64,000 bases of DNA from an uncultured Pseudomonadota bacterium (GTDB lineage: Bacteria; Myxococcota_A; UBA9160; PR03). The stretch is taken from contig CAADGG010000013.1 in NCBI GenBank assembly GCA_900696485.1, positions 124,015-188,014 on the forward strand, in the 5' to 3' direction. The notes under the pieces are model-generated. The model was not told the DNA's origin and ran no database searches. It saw nothing but the letters and a program-made list of their open reading frames with translations. Of this stretch, positions 27,361 to 35,528 are shown one piece after another (position 1 is the stretch's first letter; every line of letters begins with the position of its first letter). Made by a program: the position numbers and the translations under genes.

Positions 27361-28543
27361 CCTCTCCTCCCACCTTGCGCAGCGTCTCGCACACGTGCTT
27401 GAGGATCGACAGAACGGAGGCATCGGCCGAGTCGTTGTCGACGATCGGGATCTCGTAGCGTTCGGCCAATTCGAGGAAGTAATCCTGGATCCGCAGGATC
27501 GCCTCCATGTTCTCGAGATAGCGATGCGGCACGCGCCGGCTCTCCCGGGCCCGCTGTTCGAACCGCGCGCGGAACGCGGCCACGTCGAGTGTCGCAACGA
27601 CCAGCGAGATCACGTGGGCCTTCTCGGCGTACGGAGACAGGTCGAGGAGACCCGGGACGATCGACACGCCATCGAGGATCAAGCTGGTGTTCTCGGCGAC
27701 GGCGCGGTCCAGCATCGCACGCACGCCGACCGATACGATCGACGCCTGCGCCAGAAAGCCCTCGATCACCGGATCTTCGCTCGGGGCCACGCGGCCGATC
27801 ACGCGGTGCGCATCGTATGAGGAGGCGTGGATCGCCGGCACCAGTTCCGGCGCCAGGACCAGGCGCATGATCTGCCGGATCGAATCGGTGGACAGCACGG
27901 CCTGGATGCCGAGCCGGCGCGACACCTCGAGCGCAAGCGAGGTCTTTCCGGAGCCTGTCGCGCCGCCGAGCAGCAGGATCACCGGCCGGTCCGGCTCCTG
28001 GAAACGGCGCCAGACGAGGTAGCGCGCGGCGGTCCGCGCCCCGAAACGCCGCTCCAGCGTCTGGTACGCAAGCCGGCGCAACTCGTGGCGGTCGATCTCC
28101 TTGTGCCCGCGCAGGACCAGCGTCCCCTCGATCTCGCGAGCGACATCGAAGGCATCGTCCGGCTCGATCGCGGCGGCGAGCAGCGACTGGGACAGGAACC
28201 CCTTCGAGAACGGAGCGGATCCGGCTGGACTCGTCACGTGGATCCGAGGTCCGAAGGCCGGCGGGCGGGCGTCCTCGAGCAGATGCCGCTCGCGCAGCAC
28301 GTCGTCGACGATGCGCGCGACGTCGACGAGCGGCACGACGCCGCGGCCGCGCAACTGGTCCCGGACGGCCGTGGCGGCCTCGAAGGCATCCTCGAAGGAC
28401 AGTCCGCGCGCCGTCAGCGAATGGACCAGGATCCCGCGCATGAACGGCCGCGGACCCGAGTCGTGCTCGACGAAAATGCGCTCCCGGCCGCCCTGCGGCG
28501 GCCCCGGGGGCGGCGCGCCCTTGTGCCGGACCTGCCCCGTCAT
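27341..28543 (-). CDS. 2-phosphoglycerate kinase-like protein (ATP-cone plus P-loop kinase)
   Basis: N-terminal ATP-cone-like region, Walker A 'LLLGGATGSGKTSLA', then 'STDSIRQIMR', as in the archaeal 2PGK family. Confidence 0.7.
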   Translation of the reverse strand: MTGQVRHKGAPPPGPPQGGRERIFVEHDSGPRPFMRGILVHSLTARGLSFEDAFEAATAVRDQLRGRGVVPLVDVARIVDDVLRERHLLEDARPPAFGPRIHVTSPAGSAPFSKGFLSQSLLAAAIEPDDAFDVAREIEGTLVLRGHKEIDRHELRRLAYQTLERRFGARTAARYLVWRRFQEPDRPVILLLGGATGSGKTSLALEVSRRLGIQAVLSTDSIRQIMRLVLAPELVPAIHASSYDAHRVIGRVAPSEDPVIEGFLAQASIVSVGVRAMLDRAVAENTSLILDGVSIVPGLLDLSPYAEKAHVISLVVATLDVAAFRARFEQRARESRRVPHRYLENMEAILRIQDYFLELAERYEIPIVDNDSADASVLSILKHVCETLRKVGGEDAAALL

Positions 28544-28616
28544 GCAATGAGCCTACCAAAGCGGCTCCCGCAATCGAAACTCCGGCCCGAAAGGAACAAG
28601 AGCCGCGACATTTTGG

Positions 28617-28646
28617 TTGACTCCGAACTGCTCGCGCGGCTAGTGT
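28617..28646 (+). promoter_or_regulatory. Candidate sigma70-type promoter (TTGACT-18 nt-TAGTGT) upstream of the MerR-like gene
   Basis: TTGACT at 28617-28622 and TAGTGT at 28641-28646. The ATG at 28661 is preceded by 'gccagggggg'. Confidence 0.3.
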
Positions 28647-28660
28647 CGTCGCCAGGGGGG

Positions 28661-29497
28661 ATGGCCGTGCCGACCGAGCGCGAGCCTGCGGACGACCCGA
28701 AGGACCCGGGCGACCCGGTCAGCCGGCTGGACCCGGTCAACCGCCTGGACCCGGCCGACCGGAACGACCCGGCCGACCGGAACGACCCGGACGCTTCGGC
28801 CTCGATCACCTCGCTCGCTCCGGTCGCCTCGGCGACGTCGGTGAACCCGGAGCGCGCGGCCGGATCGGTCCGGCGGCGCCCCCACGGTCTCGGCGTCAGC
28901 GATCCCGACCCGTGCCGCGATCCCGACCCGTGCCGAGCTGGGACGCCCGACGGGGCTGCCGGATTCGCCGAGGCCTCTCGGCATCCGGCGGCCGGCGCTG
29001 TGAGCGGACCCCTTTTCCCGACCGGCGATGTTCTGCGCGTGATCGGCGTGTCCCGCCGGCAGCTCCAATACTGGGCCGAGACGGGGCTCGTCGCTCCGTC
29101 CGCCCGTACGCCCGGCGGGCACCGGCGCTACACGTTCGCCGACCTCGTCGCGCTGAAGGCCGCCAAGCAGTTGATCAATGCGGGGATCTCGGTCCAGCGG
29201 ATCCGCAGCAGCATCGGTGCGCTCAGGAGAATCCTCCCGCAAGTTCGGCACCCGCTGTCCGAACTGGTGCTCGTCGCCACCGGAGACGTGGTCCTCGTGC
29301 TCCAAGAAGGGACCGCGTTCGAGGCGCTCTCCGGCCAGGAGTGGATCGTCGAGGTGGCGCGCTTCCAGCGCGAGATCGAGCACGTCCTCGGATCCGACGA
29401 GGCCGTGGCATCGAAGCCTGCGGTAGGGAAGAACCCGGGGCCGCGAACGGCCGTCAAGGTGGCGGCTCGACGTCGGGAGGACGCTCGCATCGCCTGA
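28661..29497 (+). CDS. MerR-family transcriptional regulator with a repetitive Asp/Pro-rich N-terminal extension
   Basis: ATG at 28661 in ORF 27827..29497. HTH region 'FPTGDVLRVIGVSRRQLQYWAETGLVAPSARTPGGHRRYTFADLVALKAAKQL'. The first ~110 aa are low complexity and are encoded by 18-bp tandem repeats. Confidence 0.75.
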   Translation: MAVPTEREPADDPKDPGDPVSRLDPVNRLDPADRNDPADRNDPDASASITSLAPVASATSVNPERAAGSVRRRPHGLGVSDPDPCRDPDPCRAGTPDGAAGFAEASRHPAAGAVSGPLFPTGDVLRVIGVSRRQLQYWAETGLVAPSARTPGGHRRYTFADLVALKAAKQLINAGISVQRIRSSIGALRRILPQVRHPLSELVLVATGDVVLVLQEGTAFEALSGQEWIVEVARFQREIEHVLGSDEAVASKPAVGKNPGPRTAVKVAARRREDARIA

Positions 29498-29585
29498 CGC
29501 CCTCCTGCGGACGAAGCTCTGGAGCCCCGGCACGAGGACTTGCTGTCCGCGAGGTGTGGTCCGCCCCGCCTCGCGCCAGGGGGGG

Positions 29586-30713
29586 ATGTTCATGACGCCC
29601 GACTCCAGCATGCGAACCGTGGCCATCGTCAATCAGAAAGGCGGCTGCGGGAAGACGACGACGACGGTCAATCTCGCGGGCTGCCTGGCCGCCGACGGCG
29701 CCCGCGTGCTCGTGGTGGACATGGATCCGCAGGCGCACGCCACGCTGGCGCTCGGCGTCGACCCGGAGCGTGTCGAGCAGAACCTCTACGAGGTCCTGGC
29801 CGAAGCAACCGGCGCCGCGCGACTCGACGAAGTCATCGTACCGGCGTCGCAACGACTTCACGTCGCACCGTCCGGCATCGCGCTCTCCGCCCTCGAACAG
29901 AAGCTGGCGGCCGAACGCGCCGAAGGCCGTACCGAACGGCTCGCGCGAGCCCTCGCCGGCGTCCGGGATCGCTACGACTTCGCGCTCATCGACTGCCCGC
30001 CGCACGTCGGTCTGCTGACCTTTGCGGCGCTGCGCGCCGCGGACGACGTGATCGTGCCTCTCGAGGCCAGCCACTTCGCGCTCCACGGCGTCCAGAAGCT
30101 GCTCGAGACGATCGCGCTGCTCGGCGAACGGATCGCTCATGCGCCGGTGGTTCACGTGCTCCCGACGCTGTACGACGGCCGCACGCGCTTCGCGCGCGAG
30201 ACGCTCGCGGAGATCCGCCGTTGCTTCGGCGAGCGCTGCTTCGACACGGTGATCCGAAGCTGTGTACGGCTGCGGGAGGCCGCCCGTGCCGGCGTACCGA
30301 TCGTGCGCTACGCGCCGCGCTCGAACGGCGCCCTGGACCATGGCGCGCTCGCCGTCGAAGTCGCGGCGCTGCTGGCCCCTCTGGACCGCACGGCGTCTGG
30401 CATCCGCGCCGAACGATGCCACGACGCGCAATCGGCCGAGACGCTGCGTCAGATCGTCGTCGAGTATCACGACGCCGACGCGCGCGACGTCCGCATCGCC
30501 GGCGACTTCAACGGCTGGGTTCCCGATCGTGACGTCGTCTCCGAGACCGTCGGTGACGATGGCCGGCGGGTGTGGCGGAAGGTGTTGCATCTGGCGCCCG
30601 GGAATTACGAGTATCGCTACATCGTGGATGGCGAGTGGCGTGAGGATCCGGGCAATCCTGACCGCGTACCCACTCCGTTGGGGCCTCCGAACTCACGGCT
30701 GGTGGTGCGCTGA
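29586..30713 (+). CDS. ParA/MinD-family ATPase fused to a C-terminal CBM48 / AMPK-beta-type glycogen-binding domain
   Basis: Deviant Walker A 'NQKGGCGKTTT', 'VVDMDPQ', 'IDCPP'. C-terminal 'VRIAGDFNGW...LAPGNYEYRYIVDGEWREDPGNP'. I chose the ATG at 29586 because it shares the 'cgccaggggggatg' context with the MerR-like start. Confidence 0.85.
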   Translation: MFMTPDSSMRTVAIVNQKGGCGKTTTTVNLAGCLAADGARVLVVDMDPQAHATLALGVDPERVEQNLYEVLAEATGAARLDEVIVPASQRLHVAPSGIALSALEQKLAAERAEGRTERLARALAGVRDRYDFALIDCPPHVGLLTFAALRAADDVIVPLEASHFALHGVQKLLETIALLGERIAHAPVVHVLPTLYDGRTRFARETLAEIRRCFGERCFDTVIRSCVRLREAARAGVPIVRYAPRSNGALDHGALAVEVAALLAPLDRTASGIRAERCHDAQSAETLRQIVVEYHDADARDVRIAGDFNGWVPDRDVVSETVGDDGRRVWRKVLHLAPGNYEYRYIVDGEWREDPGNPDRVPTPLGPPNSRLVVR

Positions 30714-30721
30714 ACCCGCCG

Positions 30722-31501
30722 ATGGCCCGTGAACTCCAAGACGTCCTGCACTACTTCCTGCCCGATCCGATCGGTCCGATCGAGATCTCGGACCGCCTCG
30801 CCGCGCCGCCGGCGCGACGGGTGAGCGTGCTCGTCGCAGAACGCGACCTGGTGCGCCTGGCGCTGTCGTGGAACCTGGCGGTCGCCGCGGCGCAGTTGGG
30901 CGCACGGGTCTCGCTCGTGGTGCCGCCGGATCCGCATCGATGTGCCCCGTGGCCTCGGCGCGGACCCGGTCCGCTGGGCGTCGAGGTCTCGCAAGCCGAG
31001 AGCAGCCGACTCTCCGCGCTGGCCACGGCGGCCCACGGTGCGGCCCAGCGAATTGCGGCACGGCCCGGCGTGCCGGCTCTCGTCTTGACCGTGGTCCCCC
31101 TCGTGCGAGTGCACGCCGCCAGCGACGCCGGCTCGTTGCTCGACCATGTCCTGCTGCTGACGCGGCCCGACGAACGCGAGCTGGTCGAGACGTGGGCGGG
31201 GCTCGGCGCGATCTCGGCGCAGGCTCCCCACGCGCACATCGGCGTTTCCGTCTTCGGCGTCTCGTCGCTCGCCGACGCGCGCCGCGCCTTCGAAGGTCTG
31301 GCCGCTCTGGCCGAGCTGGAACTGGCCCGTCCCCTCGCGAGCTACGGCGTCCTCATCGACGATGTGCACCTCTCGCGCTCCATCGTCTCCCAGCGGCCGA
31401 TCACGCTCAGCCAACCCGCGTCGCCCGCCGCACGCGCCTTGGCGGACGTCGCTACGATGCTGCTCGAAGACGCCGGCGACCCCGCCGAGCTGCCGGGGTG
31501 A
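30722..31501 (+). CDS. Degenerate ParA/MinD-like protein lacking the Walker A lysine loop (putative pseudo-ATPase)
   Basis: 259 aa, starting 8 nt after the ParA stop. 'VSVLVAERDLVRLALSWNLAVAAAQLGARVSLVVPPD' sits where MinD/FlhG have 'GKGGVGKT...NLA.ALA..G.RV.L.D.D'. The C-terminal 'YGVLIDDVHLSRSIVSQRPITLSQPASPAARALADVA' also aligns by eye. Confidence 0.5.
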   Translation: MARELQDVLHYFLPDPIGPIEISDRLAAPPARRVSVLVAERDLVRLALSWNLAVAAAQLGARVSLVVPPDPHRCAPWPRRGPGPLGVEVSQAESSRLSALATAAHGAAQRIAARPGVPALVLTVVPLVRVHAASDAGSLLDHVLLLTRPDERELVETWAGLGAISAQAPHAHIGVSVFGVSSLADARRAFEGLAALAELELARPLASYGVLIDDVHLSRSIVSQRPITLSQPASPAARALADVATMLLEDAGDPAELPG

Positions 31502-32133
31502 GCGACGCCGCAGCAGAGCCCCATCCCGGCCCCCTGCGCCGGACGTTGCGCGCCCGCCTGGGGGCCCTCGGCGCGCCGCTGCAGATCCTCGCGGAGGGCC
31601 TCCTCGGCGAAGGGGACAGCCGGATCGACTGGATCGCCGTCGAGCCTGCCGGACGCCTCTGGGTGATCCTCGTCGATGAGGACGGGAAGGACGATCACCT
31701 GCTGGTGCGGGGTCTGGCCCAGCGAGCCTGGGTCCGCGCGCGGCTCCCGGACTGGCAGCAGTTGGCGCGGGATCTGCCGGCCCGCTCGGAGCCGCAACCC
31801 CTCCTGGCACTCGTGGCGCCTGCGTTCTCACGCCTCGTCCGGGCCGCGGCGCATGAGGCGGATCCCGCGGGCGGCATCCGTCTCGGCCACTTTCGCTGGC
31901 AGCCCGGTCCGCACGGCAACGCCGAGCTGCTGCTCGAGCCCGTGCCCCCGCTCGAGGCCACTGCTCAGCGCGACGCTCCGCCTCCGGAATCGGCGCCGAG
32001 CGGAACCGGCCACGTGCTTGCCTCGAGCTTCAAATCCGGGCTGACCGACCGGGACTTCGAGAGTCCCAACGGCCGCCAGGATGGTCGCCTCGAAGGGGGT
32101 GACAATTCTCGGCCTGCCGATGACAATTTTTGA
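31498..32133 (+). CDS. Hypothetical protein with a NucS/DUF91-like (PD-(D/E)xK fold) core
   Basis: The GTG at 31498 overlaps the upstream stop (GTGA). 'RIDWIAVEPAGRLWVILVDEDGKDD...LVRGLAQRAWV....PLLALVAPAFS' follows the pattern 'D.(L/I)AVD..G.L.(V/I)IE.K......(V/I).Q...Y..W......(I/L)LVA..F'. Confidence 0.45.
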   Translation: MSDAAAEPHPGPLRRTLRARLGALGAPLQILAEGLLGEGDSRIDWIAVEPAGRLWVILVDEDGKDDHLLVRGLAQRAWVRARLPDWQQLARDLPARSEPQPLLALVAPAFSRLVRAAAHEADPAGGIRLGHFRWQPGPHGNAELLLEPVPPLEATAQRDAPPPESAPSGTGHVLASSFKSGLTDRDFESPNGRQDGRLEGGDNSRPADDNF

Positions 32134-32267
32134 CACTTTCCCACGGTCCGGTGCCACCTCACTACGGGGGTGATTCGGACGTCGAGGTTTGCGGCCGCGG
32201 CCGAGGCCGCTCCGTGTGCCTTGCGTCGGTCTCCGGTGGATGCCCGGACGGGAAGGGGAAGTGCGGG

Positions 32268-32960
32268 ATGGCAGCAGGAGAAACTGCAGCAGGACGAGCG
32301 GCAGTCAGAACCGTTGGAAGCGTCGGAACAGAGGGAGCGGCGGGCGGCGCCTCGCGGGCGCAAGCCCGGATCCAGGCTCCCAGAAGCGATTCCGGACCGA
32401 ACGCCGCGACGGCCGCGCGCCCGGTGCCGGACGAGGTCCTCGTCGATCGCGTCCGCGCAGGGAATCAGAGCGCCTTCGACGAGATCTACCGCCGCTACTT
32501 CCCGCGCGTATATCACTTCGTGGCGCGGCGGCTGCGCAACCGATCGGATGCGGAGGAGACCGTCCAAGAGGTCTTCTTCAACGTCTTCGCCTCGATCGAT
32601 TCGTTCCGCGGGGAAGCACCATTCGGCGCCTGGGTGTTCGGCCTTGCGCGTCGCACCGTGTCGGGACGCTTCAAGAAGAGGCTGCCCTTCCTGGTGCCGA
32701 TCGGCGATGACGACGCCACCAGCGCGTTTCATGCCGTGTCCCAGGAGCCGGACCCGCTCCAGTCGTACGAGTGTGGCGAGCGGCTGGCACGCCTCGAAGG
32801 AGCCGTCGCGACGGAGCTGAGCGCCGAGCAGCGCCAGCTCTTCGAGCTGCACCACCTCGAGCACCGGTCGATCCAGGAGATCGCCGGCCTGCTCTCGAAG
32901 AGCGAAGACGCCGTCAAATCGCATCTCTACCGCGCGCGCAGGGTCCTGCTCGCGCAGTAG
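32268..32960 (+). CDS. ECF-type RNA polymerase sigma factor
   Basis: The ATG at 32268 is preceded by 'ggaaggggaag'. Region 2 'FDEIYRRYFPRVYHFVARRLRNRSDAEETVQEVF'; region 4 'QRQLFELHHLEHRSIQEIAGLLSKSEDAVKSHLYRAR'. Confidence 0.85.
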   Translation: MAAGETAAGRAAVRTVGSVGTEGAAGGASRAQARIQAPRSDSGPNAATAARPVPDEVLVDRVRAGNQSAFDEIYRRYFPRVYHFVARRLRNRSDAEETVQEVFFNVFASIDSFRGEAPFGAWVFGLARRTVSGRFKKRLPFLVPIGDDDATSAFHAVSQEPDPLQSYECGERLARLEGAVATELSAEQRQLFELHHLEHRSIQEIAGLLSKSEDAVKSHLYRARRVLLAQ

Positions 32961-32971
32961 ACTGCCATCGC

Positions 32972-33808
32972 ATGAGCACTCCCGACGAAGCGAACGTGCC
33001 GGCCTCCCCGGCGGCCGGCGCCTGGTCTGCGCGCGAGCCGCTTGCCACTTGGCTCGTCCCGCTGCCGCCGCATCCCGGTCGTCCCGGTGTCCGATCCGTT
33101 CGCTTCGAGTACTCGAGTCGTGGCGACCGCGTGCCGGGCCTGTTGCTCCTGCCCGCCGACGGCCCCGGGCCCTATCCGCTGGTCCTGCTCCAGCACGGTG
33201 CCGGGGACTCGAAGGACTCGGATCTCCTCGACGCCGTACGCCTGCCATGGGTGCGTGGCGGGGTCGCGGTCGCGTCGATCGATTTCCCGCTGCACGGCGA
33301 GCGGACGAGCGCCAAGCTGAGCGAGATCCTGCTCGCCAGTCTCGCGGATCTGCACGGTGCCGAACGCCGGCACGCAGTCACGCTCTGGCAGGGTTTCGCG
33401 ACCCAGGCCGTGCACGACCTCGGCCGCGCGCTCGACGCTTTGTCTCCGCACGCCGAGATCGCCGAGGATCGCGTGGCCTATGCGGCCTTCAGCCTGGGCG
33501 CGATCCTCGGGGCCCTCTACTGCGGCCAGGAGCCGCGACTGCGCGCCGCGGCGCTCGCGCTCGGCGGCGGCGGCTTCGGGCCGCCGGCGCTCGATCCAGC
33601 CCGGCACATCGGCCGGTTTGCCGGCCGCCCGCTGCTGCTCGTCAATGCCACCGGCGACGAGCGGATCCCGCGCAGCGCGGCCGATGCGCTGCACGCGGCG
33701 GCCGCGGCTCCGAAGGAAGTGCTCTGGTTCGACAGCGGGCATCACGACCTGCCCGGCCGTGCGCTGAAGGCCATGTGGCTGTTCCTGGCCCGCTCGCTCG
33801 AAGCCTGA
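32972..33808 (+). CDS. Alpha/beta hydrolase (dienelactone hydrolase-like)
   Basis: ATG at 32972. 'VLLQHGAGDSK', nucleophile elbow 'AAFSLGA', 'GDERIP', 'SGHHDLP'. Confidence 0.7.
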   Translation: MSTPDEANVPASPAAGAWSAREPLATWLVPLPPHPGRPGVRSVRFEYSSRGDRVPGLLLLPADGPGPYPLVLLQHGAGDSKDSDLLDAVRLPWVRGGVAVASIDFPLHGERTSAKLSEILLASLADLHGAERRHAVTLWQGFATQAVHDLGRALDALSPHAEIAEDRVAYAAFSLGAILGALYCGQEPRLRAAALALGGGGFGPPALDPARHIGRFAGRPLLLVNATGDERIPRSAADALHAAAAAPKEVLWFDSGHHDLPGRALKAMWLFLARSLEA

Positions 33809-33824
33809 GCCGCGCCGGCTCGTT

Positions 33825-35189
33825 TCAGGGCCCCGACGCCGTCTCGCCCTCCGCCGGGGCGAACTCCTCGATGCGCGCGAGGATCGCATCGCGCCGCACC
33901 GCCGTCGCCGCGGCATCCGCGGCCTCGAGGTTCAGCCGGACGACCGGCTCGGTGTTCGACGCGCGCACGTTGAACCACCAGTCCGGGTAGCGAACCAGCA
34001 GTCCGTCGAGCTTCACGATCTCGGCCCGGCCGGCGTGGTCGGCCTCCAGCGCACGCAGCAGCCCCGGCACGTCCGCGACGCGGCGATTGATCTCTCCGCT
34101 CGGGCAGTAACGCCGCAACGGCGCGATCCACTCGGAGAGCGGCTTGTCCTCTTCCGCCAGCACGTCGAGCAGCGCTGCAAACGCCGCGATGCCGTCGTCG
34201 TGCACCAGCGTCGGCGAGAAGCGGAAATAGAAATGGCCGGAAAGCTCGCCTGCGAAGACCGCACCACTCTCGCGCATCTGCGCCTTGATGAAGGCATGAC
34301 CCACACGACACATCTCCGGCGTGCCGCCGGCCTCGGCAATCGCCTCTGCCGTCGCGCGGCTCGAGCGCAGATCGAAGAGCACACGGCCGCCACCGTGCCT
34401 GCGCAGCACCGCACGGGCGAGCAGTCCGGTCATCAGATCGGCGCCGATCGGCTCCCCGCGCTCATCGACGAACATCGCACGGTCGGCATCGCCATCGAAC
34501 GCAACGCCGAAATCGGCACCCGTCCGGCGTACCGCCTCGATCACGTCGTTCAGGTTCTCCCGCTTCAGCGGGTCGGCCTCGTGGTTCGGAAAGGTGCCAT
34601 CGGGTTCGAAGTACAGCCGCTCGGTCTCGAGCGGCAGCTCGGCGAGCAGCGGCTCGAGACCGACCGAGGCCATGCCGTTGCCACAGTCGATCGCCACGCG
34701 CAGGCGCGGACAGCGGCCGCCGACGGAGCGGGCGTGCTGCACATAGCCGGCGCGGACGTCCTCGTGGCGCCACGCACCGCGCGGCGTCTGCGGCGGCGCA
34801 CTCTCGCGAGCGAGCTGCGCGATCTCCTGCAGCCCTGTGTCGCCGCCCACCGGGATCGCGTGCTCGCGGCACACCTTGATCCCGTTGTAGCGCGCCGGAT
34901 TGTGGGAGGCGGTGACCATCAGGCCGCCCGAAAGACCGAGCGCTTCCACGGCGAAGTACAGCATCGGCGTCGATACCAGTCCGAGATCGACGACCGCGAC
35001 ACCGCCATCGCGAATCCCGTCGATCACCGCTGCAGAGAGCTCCGGGGAGCTGGGACGGGCGTCGCGCCCGACGGCGAGCTCGCGCGCCTTCATCCAGCCG
35101 GCGACGGCCCGGCCGATCCGGCGGCCGGCCTCGGCCGTCAGCTCCTCCCCGTAGAGGCCTCGGATGTCATAGGCCTTGAAGATCGACAC
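33825..35189 (-). CDS. Phosphomannomutase/phosphoglucomutase
   Basis: The GTG at 35189 gives 'SIFKAYDIRG'. Active-site 'TASHNPARYNGIK'; metal loop 'FDGDADR'. Confidence 0.9.
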   Translation of the reverse strand: MSIFKAYDIRGLYGEELTAEAGRRIGRAVAGWMKARELAVGRDARPSSPELSAAVIDGIRDGGVAVVDLGLVSTPMLYFAVEALGLSGGLMVTASHNPARYNGIKVCREHAIPVGGDTGLQEIAQLARESAPPQTPRGAWRHEDVRAGYVQHARSVGGRCPRLRVAIDCGNGMASVGLEPLLAELPLETERLYFEPDGTFPNHEADPLKRENLNDVIEAVRRTGADFGVAFDGDADRAMFVDERGEPIGADLMTGLLARAVLRRHGGGRVLFDLRSSRATAEAIAEAGGTPEMCRVGHAFIKAQMRESGAVFAGELSGHFYFRFSPTLVHDDGIAAFAALLDVLAEEDKPLSEWIAPLRRYCPSGEINRRVADVPGLLRALEADHAGRAEIVKLDGLLVRYPDWWFNVRASNTEPVVRLNLEAADAAATAVRRDAILARIEEFAPAEGETASGP

Positions 35190-35293
35190 GGCCGCGCAGT
35201 GTACGGAGAAGCCCGCACAGCGGCCAACGCGAGCGCCGTGGGGTCGAATCCGCGCCGCTTGACCCATTCCCGGGCGGGCGTCACCCTATCGCC

Positions 35294-35515
35294 ATGTTCG
35301 GACTCGGGGCGACGGAATTGATGATCATTCTCGGGATCTGCGTGCTGTTGTTCGGCGCGCGGCGACTCCCGGAGATCGGCGAGGGTGTCGGCAAGGCGAT
35401 CAAGAACTTCAAGGCCGGCGTGTCGGGCCAGGACGAGCTCGACGTCACCCCGAAGAAGAAAGAAGAGCTGACGCAGCCCGACGGCTCCCCGCGGTCTCCT
35501 TCGACCCCTTCTTGA
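35294..35515 (+). CDS. tatA: Twin-arginine translocase subunit TatA/E
   Basis: 'MFGLGATELMIILGICVLLFGARRLPEIGEGVGKAIKNFK'. Confidence 0.9.
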   Translation: MFGLGATELMIILGICVLLFGARRLPEIGEGVGKAIKNFKAGVSGQDELDVTPKKKEELTQPDGSPRSPSTPS

Positions 35516-35528
35516 TCCTCGCGGGCGC

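Noticed and set aside
27827-28660. Upstream 278 codons of track ORF 27827..29497.
   Set aside because: This part is antisense to the 2PGK-like gene. The MerR-like gene most plausibly starts at the ATG at 28661, behind a GGGGGG Shine-Dalgarno sequence and a promoter-like motif.
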